Notes under the pieces: model-generated | Told to the model about the DNA's origin: nothing | Databases searched by the model: none | Seen by the model: the letters and a program-made list of their open reading frames with translations, nothing else | In this document: in pieces, positions 50,861-63,150 of the stretch | How positions within the stretch are numbered: the first letter of the stretch is position 1 | Layout of the letters: every line of letters starts with the position of its first letter | Assembly (NCBI GenBank): GCA_043228905.1 | Contig: JBHGNT010000003.1 | Coordinates: forward strand, 2,852,001-2,916,000 | Reading direction: 5' to 3' | Length of the DNA: 64,000 bases | Source of the DNA: Azolla caroliniana | Lineage: Eukaryota; Plantae; Polypodiophyta | Position numbers and translations under genes: made by a program

Positions 50861-52141
50861 ATGGAAGATGAATGGAAGACTTGTGAGTCAACAATTCACG
50901 CTCTTTTCTTCTCAAATTATTCATGTTGGTTTGAGAACCAGTTCTGGTCAGATCTCCAGGTCTACACCCATATTGCTGAACATGCAATATGTGTGAAGAA
51001 ATTTATGGATAGACATGGGATATCAGCTGTGGAAGGTCTCATGCAATACCTCATTGCTGATCAACCACATGAACTTAGCCACATCTATAATCTTGACATC
51101 CCCCAATCTGAATTTGAGTGGTTCCGACTTCTAGTCACTGTCGATACCGTCTTCATTCATGAAATCATGAATTCATTGTTCTCCACTACGGAAAAAAGTG
51201 GTGACTACTTTGCCACTGTCTACGCCAATGATCATACACTCCGCATGCAACTATGGAGGGACTTGCTGTTGATAGGCAACCAAATTCCCATGTCCTTTCT
51301 AAAGAAGATTGCTGAGTCTCCCAACAATCCAGACTTCTCAGTGGCTGATCTGGAGCTCCAGGTGAGGGAATTCATCTACAGCCATAATCCATTCTTCTCT
51401 AGCAAAGTGGCGACTAGGAGATTCCATTCTTCGGAAGACATTAAATTGGTCGATACTTGCGAGCATCTACTCGATTGCCTCTACTTCGAATGCACTGCGG
51501 ACGAGACCATCTACTCGATCCTGTCTCCTTCTCGTGAGAGAATGTCTGTTTATTCATGTTTCTCTTTTCTTAGAAAATTGCTGTGCTGCAAAAAGAGCGA
51601 GGAAGTCTACAAGAAGGAATTAGCTTGGCTCCCGACAGCGTCCCAACTGTTTAAAGCCGGCATTTCGTTCAAGGCTTGCGAAGGTAACATATCGGTGATC
51701 AGGTATGGCAAGGCGAAACGTGTGCTCCATCTCCCACGCATTCTAGTGTTCGACAGGACAGGGGATGTGTTGAGGAGCCTCATTGCACACGAATTAATTT
51801 CCAAAAGAGGAGAAGAGTTTGCTATGTATGCTAAAATCATGAACTCGCTCATCCACACCCGAGAAGATCTTGCGATCTTGAAAGATGCGGAAATCATCGA
51901 GAACCACATGGGGAACGACAAGAGGTTTGTCGACATGTGGAACAACATGTGCGTCAATGTTTACTATAATGACAAAGCCCAAATGATGAACGATGATATA
52001 GTGGCTGACCATTCCTCCAGTTGGAGCCACTTGGCTGCTGAGTTTTATGAGAAGTTCTTCATCGCCGCATCTCCATTGCTCCTACTTACAATAGTGCAGA
52101 CATTCTTTACGGTTTTCGCTTATTTCAAACCCAGAATTTAA
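50861..52141 (+). CDS. DUF247 protein, sub-clade B, open frame but with a replaced N-terminus and an in-frame C-terminal deletion (functionality uncertain)
   Basis: Core DUF247 motifs from CVKKFM onward. The first ~40 aa match an intergenic repeat, the YxPxxxxIGP block is missing, and SRPWYxxSF is missing before the TM helix. Confidence 0.75.
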   Translation: MEDEWKTCESTIHALFFSNYSCWFENQFWSDLQVYTHIAEHAICVKKFMDRHGISAVEGLMQYLIADQPHELSHIYNLDIPQSEFEWFRLLVTVDTVFIHEIMNSLFSTTEKSGDYFATVYANDHTLRMQLWRDLLLIGNQIPMSFLKKIAESPNNPDFSVADLELQVREFIYSHNPFFSSKVATRRFHSSEDIKLVDTCEHLLDCLYFECTADETIYSILSPSRERMSVYSCFSFLRKLLCCKKSEEVYKKELAWLPTASQLFKAGISFKACEGNISVIRYGKAKRVLHLPRILVFDRTGDVLRSLIAHELISKRGEEFAMYAKIMNSLIHTREDLAILKDAEIIENHMGNDKRFVDMWNNMCVNVYYNDKAQMMNDDIVADHSSSWSHLAAEFYEKFFIAASPLLLLTIVQTFFTVFAYFKPRI

Positions 52142-55100
52142 CCCAACCTTTGAACCCCTAGCCCAAAAAATATGTAAAAGAAGCTCTCAACACAACAATC
52201 AAGTATGTATCTATTTATTCCGCTTTGGTTAATATTTCCTTTGGTATTTCCGTTTGATTTGAATTCTTAATTTGATTATTACCCGTTCTTTATTATGTAT
52301 TTATAGTCCACATTGGCTTATGAAATACTGTGGAAAGACTATGTACTTACATACTTATGGTGAATCATTTTCATGATTCATGTATTATTTAATGGAAATA
52401 GATGTTGTTGGAGTAATTGTCGCAATGAAGTACTGAAGCACAATGAAGTACTGAAGTGTACTTGATTTTTTAATGAGACATTATATAAAACGTACTTCAT
52501 TTTATTGGGGAGAAGACAAGATGATTGTTTATTCAACCAATGTTGTAATCAGATACTCCATAATACAATAATAATCAAATTATTTATCGTAAGTACAATG
52601 TCAGATTGCAAATATCATATTTGACCACGTTTTTATGAGTCCATAGGACTCTTATTTCTTGCCAGTCCAAATGGAGAAATAATAGAAGTAACGCACAATG
52701 AAATCCCAAATGAATGAGAAATAACAAAAATAACAAAGCTTCTTTATTTTTACCCAAGGGTTTCATTAAGGTTCAATGGTGAATTTAGGGCTTAAATTGG
52801 GAGTAGCCTGCGAATTTATAGCCTGTTGATCATGTATAGATGAAAGAATGAGATGTATCCATTGTGAATACGTTCCAAATTGGCCCATCTTCACTAGATT
52901 CAGACCATGTGCCCTTATAATTGCCCACTACTACAAAAAACTCACACATTCACCAATGGATTAGGATACACAAGGAAAAGAGGTATATTACAGGACTATG
53001 CTTATCAATCAGCTACACTCTATGCAAATGAGGTTGAGAATCATGTGATGAACCTTGCTTTGTGACTTTATTGAACTTGAAAGGTAAAATCTCCAATATC
53101 TAACTACATACAACCAAAAGTGAGACCAATTAGCTCACAAAATTGTAATGGTTATCCCAACATAGTAATGTCTCAAATATGAAAAGTGCATATTGCATGA
53201 GCATTTGCATCTTTTAGTTTACAAGAGAAATGACAGAGATATTTGGTTAGCCTCATGAAGGCAAGGCTTAAGTATGTGTATGTGATCAAACATCCGCTTT
53301 GGTTATAGAAAAAAAACACAAGAATCAACCAACATATGTGAGATCATATTGTATTCAATCAACACGGCCTCATTGTTTAATGAGAATCGGCTCCCAAAGT
53401 GGTCATTGTTTTAATATTTAAGAGTGCACACACATATACAAAAATACACATATACATCGTTTTCAATCCGAGGAGCTACTTTCCCATTAGTTAGGAGAGG
53501 ATCTAGACTCAACTTATTACCAAGGTGTTCGCAGTACATAACTTTCAAACTTAATTATTGAATCATATTTTGATTAGTACTAAGTGCGCACTGACATTTC
53601 CAAAATGGAAAGTAAAATTGAATGAGGAAAAAAGTCAAATCTCCAAAGTAATTACCAGATTACCAGTTTGTTTTTCGGAAATCCGATTCAAATATGGACT
53701 AGCGCAGTTCCATCTGGCATTTAACACACTATTACTACTTGATGGAAAAGCATGCTTAGCACCTAAAACTTATCGCTCGATAATGAATGTCAATGTGGTA
53801 ATATAATGTACGATGATGAGTTATACATGTTTGATAAATAGTGGTGTTTTTCACACAAGTACTAGAATATGGTTTTTGATTAGGTTTTGAGAGGAAAGAT
53901 GAAGGAATGGAGATGAAGGTTATTTGTATGGGGGAGGGTTTTGGATAATTTTAAATTTGTTCATATTTTTTCTCACTTTATGTTAATTACAAATATAGCC
54001 TTCCATCACTTAAGAGTCTCTTTGAAGCAATAGGGAAACAGAGTCTCTGTCTCTCTGCCTCCTACTTATCTTATTCTGTTTCTCTCATGACTGTAAACGC
54101 TCTCCATTTTAATTCAAAATAAAGGTAACCGAAGGACCCTTCGTTTCTTTCCTTTCTTACCCCTCTTTTCTTTTTTCATCCCTTCGTATATATACACATA
54201 TTGCCATAGTTCAGAACCTTTCATAACCAGACATTCTCTGTCTTTTATGAATCATCCAGAATTAGACTTATACTTTTTCTGAGACATAATAATAGCACAA
54301 TATTTATTTGTAGTAATTGGTTTGGAGTTTGTGAACGCGGCCCTCTAGAAATGGTATTTGCGATTTCACTCATGAGTTAGCTACCAAAGAGAAAAAATAA
54401 ATATTGAACATTAAAAATAAAGTGACCTTATCCTTTTTATGAAAATTATAGAAAATTGAAAGTAGCTCAAGAATTAACACTGCAGCACAAGGAATCTATA
54501 TGACTAACCTATGAGCTTTTTGATTCGTAATAGAAAAATCTATAAAATGGCACACAATGATGATTTGAGATTACATTATTAGTCATTGTTTGAACATAAT
54601 TCAATCTATATGCCACATAACCATAATCTGGGGAGATGGAATATGAATCAAAGACTTGTGAGGTAATTCATGCTCTTTTCTTCTCAAATTATGAATGATT
54701 GTTTGAGACCCAGTTCTGATCAGATCTCCAGGTCTATGTTGGGCATAACTGTGATCAAACTTTTGTCTAGCTCCAACCTCTCTTCATTCATTATTCATAG
54801 CGCCCTTTAATTTCACGAGTATTGACTTTGTCCACAATTTTTTGCTTTTCATGAGCCTGGATTTATTGAGCATCCAAAAGCGAAGCTGGCTACGTCTCAA
54901 ATCCTTCTTTTTCTCCCCTAATGTGACATAATTATATTTGATGGCCTTTAGAGTTTTCCCCAACATTATTTACAGACTTTCAATAACACCAGTTCTCCAG
55001 CCAAATCATCCATTTTTACTCAAATAATTCGTCTCCCATTGAGAAATTTTAGACTCCCTGTTTGAATTTTAGACTCAATTCATTTATTTTCCTCAAATTA

Positions 55101-56677
55101 TTCGTCTTCGATTGAGAGATTTTAGACTCCCTTTTGACTCTTCGGATTTATCCTTTCCTTTTTGAACTGACTACAAGGAACATTTAATTGGGGAAACAGA
55201 CATGTTAGCCTAGTAGTCTTTAGAACAATTGGATATTAACATATTGACTTGGTCATGTTTTAATATCTTCAAATATATTTCTTACACGTGATATTAGGCA
55301 TAATGCATTCATTTTTAATGTCAACTATTCAATAACTTTTTCTATAAAGGCATAACTTTTCTATAAGTTGAAAAGATATATAGGTCAAAGTGTCATAAAT
55401 GTTATACTTTCTAATTATCAATGTCATAATTATAGTGATTAAGTGTCATTCACATACTAGGAGACCAAGAGGTCATGGGTTGTGCAAATCATATACATAT
55501 AGTGATTAAGTGACATTCACATTGTTTCATAATTTCATAAGTGATTATGTAGTTCTTTCATGGATAGGGTATTGAGTGGGACACTCCCAACTTGGGTTCA
55601 AAAGGTTGCCTTTACACAAAGAAACTCACCTTCAAAGTAATGAAGCTCACCTACCACTTATTAATGCTCCCCACAATTAGTTGGAGATCTTTATTGTCTA
55701 TAACCTTGTGGTTGTATCCACAAACAACAAGTTGAATGAGGTGTAGGATAAGTTGATGATTGCCCTATATGATTGTCCTAAATCAAAATTGTCGTAACTC
55801 AACATATTTAGTAGTTTCGTTTAGTGCATTGCACAAGAATTTCGAAGTCCTCAACATAAATACATACATCGTTACAAATTATAATGAATCATTCTTATAT
55901 TTTTTATGAGACATAATAGCACGATATTTATTTCTAGTAATTGGTTTGGAGTTGTGGAGCCAGCCCTCCAGAAATGGTATTCGAGATTTCGGTCATGTGC
56001 TACCACCAAGTTGCATTACATAATGCGAAAGAGAAAAAATATTGAACATTAAAAATAAGACAGATCACCCTTTCTCAAAGACATTGCACCACAAGGAATC
56101 TATATCACTAACCTAGGAATGAACACTAGTAGAAAAATCTATAACATGTGCATATAAACATTATTAATAATTGTTTAAACATAAAAATTATCTATATGTC
56201 ACATAACCCCCCTTATTTTGGGAAGAGACAACTTGTGAACAACTAACAACTTGAGTATACAAAATAATATCTTAAGGCAACTTGTGAAAGTCATGTATAT
56301 CCGTGGACTAGATCTGATTTATCTCAATCATTGGTCATCTATAACTCTAGACTTGGATATTCCTTTTCTTCTATCACATAACAAAGGAGCTTATTGAAGA
56401 ATGTTTGACATTTGGTGATCTCCATGAAGATTCAAGGGTGGACATTTTTCTAAATTGGTATAATGTCTTGACATCAATACATAAACACTAATAGGTATAT
56501 AAAAAGAGGAGTGGATGGTACTTCGATCATCTACAAGAAATTGATCAGTTTAGAAGAAGAAAAAGAGGAAGAAAGTGTCACTGCAGAAGTAGTAGTAATA
56601 GTAGTAGAAGAAGAAGAAGAAGAAGAAGAAGAAGAAGAAATCAGTTTAGAAGTAGTAGTAGTAGTAGTAGTTAAGAG

Positions 56678-58276
56678 ATGGCTGAGAATATCAAGAAGGA
56701 AACCAGGATTACTATCCAACCCAATGAGGCTGCTGTGCATCCATTTGAACCCATCCCTACTTGCCATACAAACCACTGCATTGGGCCGCATCGTCAATAT
56801 AGCTTCACTGCCGATGGCAATGGCTGGAGAGAACAAATGATAACAAACATTGACAATCATATTGCTACTAATCCTGATACACCTACATCTAAGCAGGAAA
56901 GCTCCACGGGGAACTCGAAAATTTCGATTCCTCCCGATGCATTCTTGAATGCCAAGCAAAAACCATATTGCCCTGAAGTCCTGACTATCGGACCATTGTA
57001 TGCAGATCTTGGGACCAAGTCCATATTTGATGATCGTAAGGCACTATGTGTGAAGAACTTCATGGAAAGACATGGGAAATCAAAAGTAAATGAGCTGGTA
57101 ACACACCTCATTCCTGAGCCCCCTGATCTTAGCAACCATTATTCAATCCCACCCTGCCAAAACTATACCAATGATTCCCTCAAACTTCTGCTCACTGTCG
57201 ATACCGTCTTCGTTCATGAATTCTTGCTCTTCTTTGGCACTGCATGTTCAAATTCCCTCGATAAGGAACCCGACTATAGTCTCCCTTTCTTCAACAACAG
57301 AGTTAAGGTCATCCAAGAACCTACTAAGACCCACTACTTATCCACTTCCTTCGGCAATGGAGTTGAATGGAACCAAGTATGGAGGGACTTGTTCTTGATA
57401 GGCAACCAAATTCCCATGTCATATCTGAAGAAGATTGCAGAGATTCCAGAGATCCCCAGATTCAAAGATCCCCAGATTGATAGACAACAAAACAGAGCAG
57501 CCGACGTCAAATTGAAAAATCTCCAGAGAGTATTAGTTGATATTGTTGTGAAAAATTGTCCATTCCCCATGGGCTATAGCAATTATTGGGCCAATATACT
57601 CAATTGCAATCATCTACTTGATTGCCAATATGTTTGGGTCACACAAGGAATACATGAGCATAGGAGATCCCTGCAATTACAAGATCCTCGGCGGATGAAT
57701 CAAGGAGCTATCTTCCTACCGTCTTATCATCGCGATCGCTTGCCAACAGCTTCTCAACTCTCGAAAGTCGGTATTTCGTTTCAGGCTCGTCAAGGTGGCA
57801 CATCAGTGATCAAGTATCATAGGAGGAAGCTTCAGCTAGATCTTCCAAGGATTATTGTGTACAAAGGCACGGAGGATGTGCTGAGGAACCTGCTTGCCTA
57901 TGAACAAACCTCCAAAGGTGGAGGTGAGTTTACTAAGTATGCTGTCATCATGGACTCCCTCATTGACACACCAAAGGATGTAGCTGTCTTGACCAAGGCA
58001 GGGGTGATAGTGAACCACCTTGGAGACGATCACGAGTTGGTCAAGATGTGGAACAAGTTGTGCGACACCAACATTGTGATAAAATCATGCGAAAGATGGG
58101 ATGAGATGACACGCGATGTACTAGAACACTATCATAGCCCTTGGCGACCCATGTATGTGGAGTTTTATGACACGTTTTTCTCTCGCCCATGGTTCACGGC
58201 ATCGCTCACTACCGCGATCCTAATCCTCATCTTGACATTTTTGCAGACTTTCTACACGATCTTAGGCTATTACTAG
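56678..58276 (+). CDS. DUF247 protein, sub-clade C, intact, 532 aa
   Basis: YCPEVLTIGPLY, DLFLIGNQIP, HLLDCQY, LPTASQLSKVGISF, TEDVLRNLLAYEQ, MDSLIDT, FFSRPWF plus TM helix; TATA-like TATATAAAAAGA at about 56496. Confidence 0.93.
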   Translation: MAENIKKETRITIQPNEAAVHPFEPIPTCHTNHCIGPHRQYSFTADGNGWREQMITNIDNHIATNPDTPTSKQESSTGNSKISIPPDAFLNAKQKPYCPEVLTIGPLYADLGTKSIFDDRKALCVKNFMERHGKSKVNELVTHLIPEPPDLSNHYSIPPCQNYTNDSLKLLLTVDTVFVHEFLLFFGTACSNSLDKEPDYSLPFFNNRVKVIQEPTKTHYLSTSFGNGVEWNQVWRDLFLIGNQIPMSYLKKIAEIPEIPRFKDPQIDRQQNRAADVKLKNLQRVLVDIVVKNCPFPMGYSNYWANILNCNHLLDCQYVWVTQGIHEHRRSLQLQDPRRMNQGAIFLPSYHRDRLPTASQLSKVGISFQARQGGTSVIKYHRRKLQLDLPRIIVYKGTEDVLRNLLAYEQTSKGGGEFTKYAVIMDSLIDTPKDVAVLTKAGVIVNHLGDDHELVKMWNKLCDTNIVIKSCERWDEMTRDVLEHYHSPWRPMYVEFYDTFFSRPWFTASLTTAILILILTFLQTFYTILGYY

Positions 58277-58504
58277 TGGAATCTCTAAATGAACCCAAGA
58301 ACACATAAGGAAGCTCAAATAAAATCAAGTGTTTCAGCTTTCTTTCCTTGGTTCATTTTTGAGATCTCATTTGACTATATTACTTTATTTATGTCTATTC
58401 CACTTATAATCTATATGAGCTTTTATCATTGTGGAAGATTGTCCTAAGCATCTTTGTGCTTAGAAATAAGAACACAGTGAGACATGGCATTGTATTTACA
58501 ACAC

Positions 58505-58780
58505 CTTGATTGGTGCTTACTTAATGCATGAGGGAGCAATTATTTGTTACAAGGATTTGTAATGGGTATTAAGTGACACTTGTAATATAGTAACTTGATT
58601 GGTGCTTATTACATGATTGAGTGATTATTTATTACAAGGATTGTTAATAGGTTTCAAGTTACAATCCCAATCAATAATATTAACTTGATTTGTGTTTAAT
58701 GCATTATTGAGTAATTATTTGTTACAAGGATTGTTAATGGGTTTTAAGTCACACTAGTAATATTAATATTAACTCAGTGA
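58505..58780. repeat. ~90-bp tandem repeat, about 3 copies
   Basis: Unit ttgattggtgctta..attatttgttacaaggattgttaatggg; single copy at 42335-42420. Confidence 0.7.
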
Positions 58781-60109
58781 ATGGTGTCATGAGCATGTTT
58801 TTATTCCACTCATGATAGGTATCCTCATGTTTCATAACTCTAGATAAAAAGCCGTCTTCAATTTACCTCCTAAATCCAAAACATTATCTCTATCAGTATG
58901 CTAAATTAGCCATGAGAACGTGCTGTATAAAATCCTAATTCCCTAATATGAATGTAGACCTTCAGCACATTGGCAAAAAAATTTGATTATAGAATTTCCA
59001 AAGCCATCTTGCATTCATTAGTGAGTCTAATGACCAAACATGTATCTACTTAAATCTATTAATAGGATGAGCAAAGTAGTCATAGTGGACCTCATGACCT
59101 AGCTTTCCCATCACCGATGCCACTTGAAGATACTTTTGTCAAGTCTCATCAATCAGCCATTAGTGATAAAAGCAAATTGATAATAACTGTATCATAGCAT
59201 TATCATTTTTATGATAGACTCACCTAATCACGAGATATTTTCCATTGTAACATATCCAATAGTTTTAATATCCCTTGGCTTGAGATGACTATAGTGATCA
59301 TTGGCTCTATGCACATCCCTCTACCTAACTATCTAACGAACTTGGCTACAAAAGCTCATCATCATGGAAAAAAGATGCTTAGCTCCCAAATCAGTAGCTC
59401 GCCTACCACTTGCTCACCAAAAGAGATTCCCCATTTTTGCGTTCTAGGCAAGAGTTTTTAGAATCTAGCTAGTTCACATTCTCCAAACTAGCTATTTTGG
59501 CCTTATTTGACCTACTTTTTATAGGAAAAATTAACAATAAAAAGAAGTTCCAAGCTTAGAAAAAAGAAACTTGTGTCCCCCCTTCTCTTGTTCTCTACAT
59601 TTATTTGATAAAAGGAAAATTGAATGTCACTAACTAGATTTATGACTCAAAATCTCCCAAGACTCTTCCCATGTAATATCCCAAAATTAGGCCCATAAAC
59701 TTCATTGGGCCAAACAGTTTCCAAGGATCATATACTTTGAATACTACACATTTGAAGATTTATTTGTCAGTTTAGCATCAACCATAAATCTCTTCTAACA
59801 CAATTCTTCGCACCAATTGTAAAAATGTTCGTATAGATTAATCGACATCATTAATGGGTCGGTCTTCCCAGATGTGATATTTAAGGTCAAAAAGTTTTCC
59901 AACACTTCTCCTCTCTATCCATTAAAATCTCTACTAATAGAAAGACGGAGGTATGGATTGTATTACCATCTCTAAATCTTCATTGCCATATTGATATATC
60001 TTTTTCTAAGGCAAGAACTCATAGAAGTATGAAAACTTGAGGAGAGGTACTTGACCTACATGAAAGTATAAAGTCAGTGTCCATAGAAATAAATGAAGAA
60101 GTTTGAGAT

Positions 60110-61345
60110 ATGGGTGACAATACCACCAAGAAAATCAATTCTACACTTCAAACAGATATGGCAAAGCTTACCTCTTGTAGCCATACAACCTCCCCATTGG
60201 GCAACTTCATAGACCAACTTCATCAAAGACGAATGGAGATGTGGCATGAAGGAAATCATCGATAATGCTTGTAGAATTGCATGTGACAGAACTTGGATAA
60301 TTTTGAAGCCTCCCCAAGCATTCTGCAATACAAAGCCAATATCATATTATCATCAAATCTTAACCATCCTCCCATTGTGTCAAAGGCTAGAGAGTTTCCC
60401 TAATAGTTGTAACATGTTATGTGTGAAAAGATAAATGGAAAGGCATGGGATATCAGATGTGATAGAACCCATGCAACACCTCCTCCCTTACTGGCATGGC
60501 TTATCAACAACCTCAGATGTGATAGAGCCCATGCAACACCTCCCTTATTTTGGCCTCTCCCGATACAGCGTGGATTCGCTCCAACTTCAGTTCGCTGCCG
60601 ATACCATCTTCGTTCATGAATTCTTGCTCTGTCTAATGAATGATTGCAACTGCCAACATAAGACAAGTGGGCTACATATACACTTTCTAGTTCAACAATG
60701 ACTTTACATACACCAAGTATGGCATCAAGTATGGAGGGACTTGACTTTGATAGGCAACCAAATTTTCAAGTCTTTTCGAATGAAGATTTCAGAGTTTCCA
60801 AAAGCACTCGACTTCCCATCGGGTAATCCAAAATCTTCCATCATCACTACCATTCTTGTCACATACAATCCATTCTTCAGGAGCCAACTTAATGCAAACT
60901 ATTGGGTGCCAAACAGAAATTTTCTCAATTGCACGCATCCACTCGATTCACTCTATTTTTCCTGCACAAAAAACATTCCTGCAAGAATCTAGGAAACGAT
61001 CTGTTTCAAAAGAATCTGCAAGCAAATCTGTTACTCCATGTTTCTCTATCCCTTACACATGGACAGACTTCCAGAGGAGGACTTGAATTAACTATGTGTG
61101 TGATCATCAGCATACATCGAAAGGCTAGAGGATCTCGTAATCTTGACCAGAGGAACCGACATGTGCATCAATGCCAAAGATCGGTCGAGATGACCCATTG
61201 GCTTGTCTCGTATATGGAGTTTCTGCGCTCAAACTATTTTTTCTCGGCCATGGCTATGGATTTCGATCCTTGCGGCATCTCTACTGCTCGCATTGGTATT
61301 ATTGCAGACAATCTACTCGAACTTAGGTTACTACCGAGAGCCCTA
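60110..61345 (+). pseudogene. Heavily decayed DUF247 (A-like) with frameshifts and a large deletion
   Basis: WIILKPPQA, ERHGISDV, DTIFVHEFLL, RDLTLIGNQI, HPLDSLYFSC and the FSRPWLW tail appear in shifting frames. Confidence 0.85.
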
Positions 61346-61534
61346 AATTAGCATTACCGAAGTTCAAGAGTTAAAACCTTTGTTTCTGCATTTGGGCTAT
61401 ATTTATTTAGGGCCACATGTGAGCTTCATAATTTTGGAGGATGAAGTAGTAGAAGTAGACTTAAGTCACAAGTTGTATAATATTTTCTTTTTGATGACCA
61501 ACGAGTCTTCATTCTCTACACTTTGATGTTTGGT

Positions 61535-61770
61535 GCTCAAGCCTAAACCGTTTACATAAACCGATTTAAGACAGCTGAAACGGCTTGGCTCGGTTCGGTT
61601 TAGGTTTGAGCTTGACTAAATGGTTTGAGCTCGGTTCAACATGGCTTGAGCCTTGCCAAACCGGCTCAAACCGGTTACGCCATTTATGTGGTTTACCAAT
61701 TAGGTAGGTTAGAGAAAAAGTTAGAAATTAGTTAGAAATGAGACAAAGTATGGGGGAGGGAGGTAGACCA

Positions 61771-61805
<35 letters not shown>

Positions 61806-62240
61806 CTCAAATGTCCTATAGCATGTGCCATTTGGAAGTACTTATCGGAAATTTGGCAAGTTTTAACCCGTTGTTGTTTGAGACCTCAACAATGGGTTTT
61901 TTCTCAATATGTTCAAAACGGATCAGATGATGAGATAGAGATATTGTTCCAATTTCTACGTTATTGGGGTCTACAACACAATTGGAATATGCGTAATGCT
62001 TTCATCTTTGATAATAGACATGGGGTGAAAGCCTATATAAAGAAGTTGAAAGGTATTCTCATGTGGAATTTTTGGATGTTAGAGCATGTGGGGATCATTT
62101 CCTCGAATGCTTATTCTGGTTTTTTAATAGCATTACAGAATGTCCCTCTCCCTACATAGGCATATGATAGGTAGAGGAGACTAGGAAGTGTTGTAACTAA
62201 GTGGATTTTACATACAATTAATATAATTGTGTGCTTTTAC

Positions 62241-62279
<39 letters not shown>

Positions 62280-62942
62280 GAGGTAGAGGAGACTAAGAAG
62301 TGTTGTAACTAAGTGGATTTTACATACAATTAATATAATTGTGTGCTTTTACCAAAAGAGAGAGAGAGAGGGAGGGAGGGAGGGAGACTACACACACGTG
62401 AGGGAGAGAGGGAGTGAGGTATTAGTAGAGGTTCAAAGCATGAGTCAAATTTGTCCATATACAGAAAGCTACATTATGCATTATCGTTCACTTTAATTGT
62501 GGTTCTATATCAACGATATTGCTCACTAGTCCATTTCATTGTAAAAGACATGATGCATCATGTGGGATTATACATAGCATTCTTTTAGAGGGAAATGAAA
62601 TGAAGTTTCTTATTAATGAAGAGAGAGGGAGGGAGGGAGTTGTATACTACATAGTTGATCGTCTAAGAGAGGGGGGGGAGAGGAGACTACACAGACGTGA
62701 GAGTGAGGGTGAGAGAGAGAGAGAGAGAGGGAGGGAGATAGGGAGAGAAGGAGGGGGGGAGGGAAGGGGGTTTCCAAACTGGTTTCTAAGCCAGTTTCCA
62801 AGTCGTTTCCCAAACCGGTTTAGGGATCAGTTTGGTTTGGTTTGGTTCAAGTTTGAGAACCCCAAAACACTTTAGGCTTAACCGGTTTGGTTTGGATAAG
62901 GCCAGACCGGTTAAGCCTAAACCAAACCGTTGCCGATCCCTA
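61535..62942. mobile_element. Possible hAT-like non-autonomous element
   Basis: Both ends are dense in AACCG/CGGTT subterminal repeats; right end is ..CCCTA; internal (GA)n tracts. Left terminus and TSD not resolved. Confidence 0.45.
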
Positions 62943-62949
62943 GTCTTTA

Positions 62950-63150
62950 TGACATTGAAAAACTTTGCTCAACACTCGGAATGAAAATGATTCTATTGCC
63001 CTTTAAAAGCAAGGTTAATATGACTATGTCATCATTTGCCATAAAAATTATGGCTATTTTCACATTAGTGAATGGTTCGAGAGAAAACTTATAGTCATTG
63101 CAATGGATATATGCTTTTATGGCCCCTTCATTATAAAAGCTCTTTGTGCT
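62950..63150 (+). pseudogene. Decayed NB-ARC remnant (RNBS-C/GLPL-like)
   Basis: NENDSIAL(F)KSK and KLIVIAMDICFYGPFIIKAL; shares atagtcattgc with the minus-strand copies. Confidence 0.35.
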
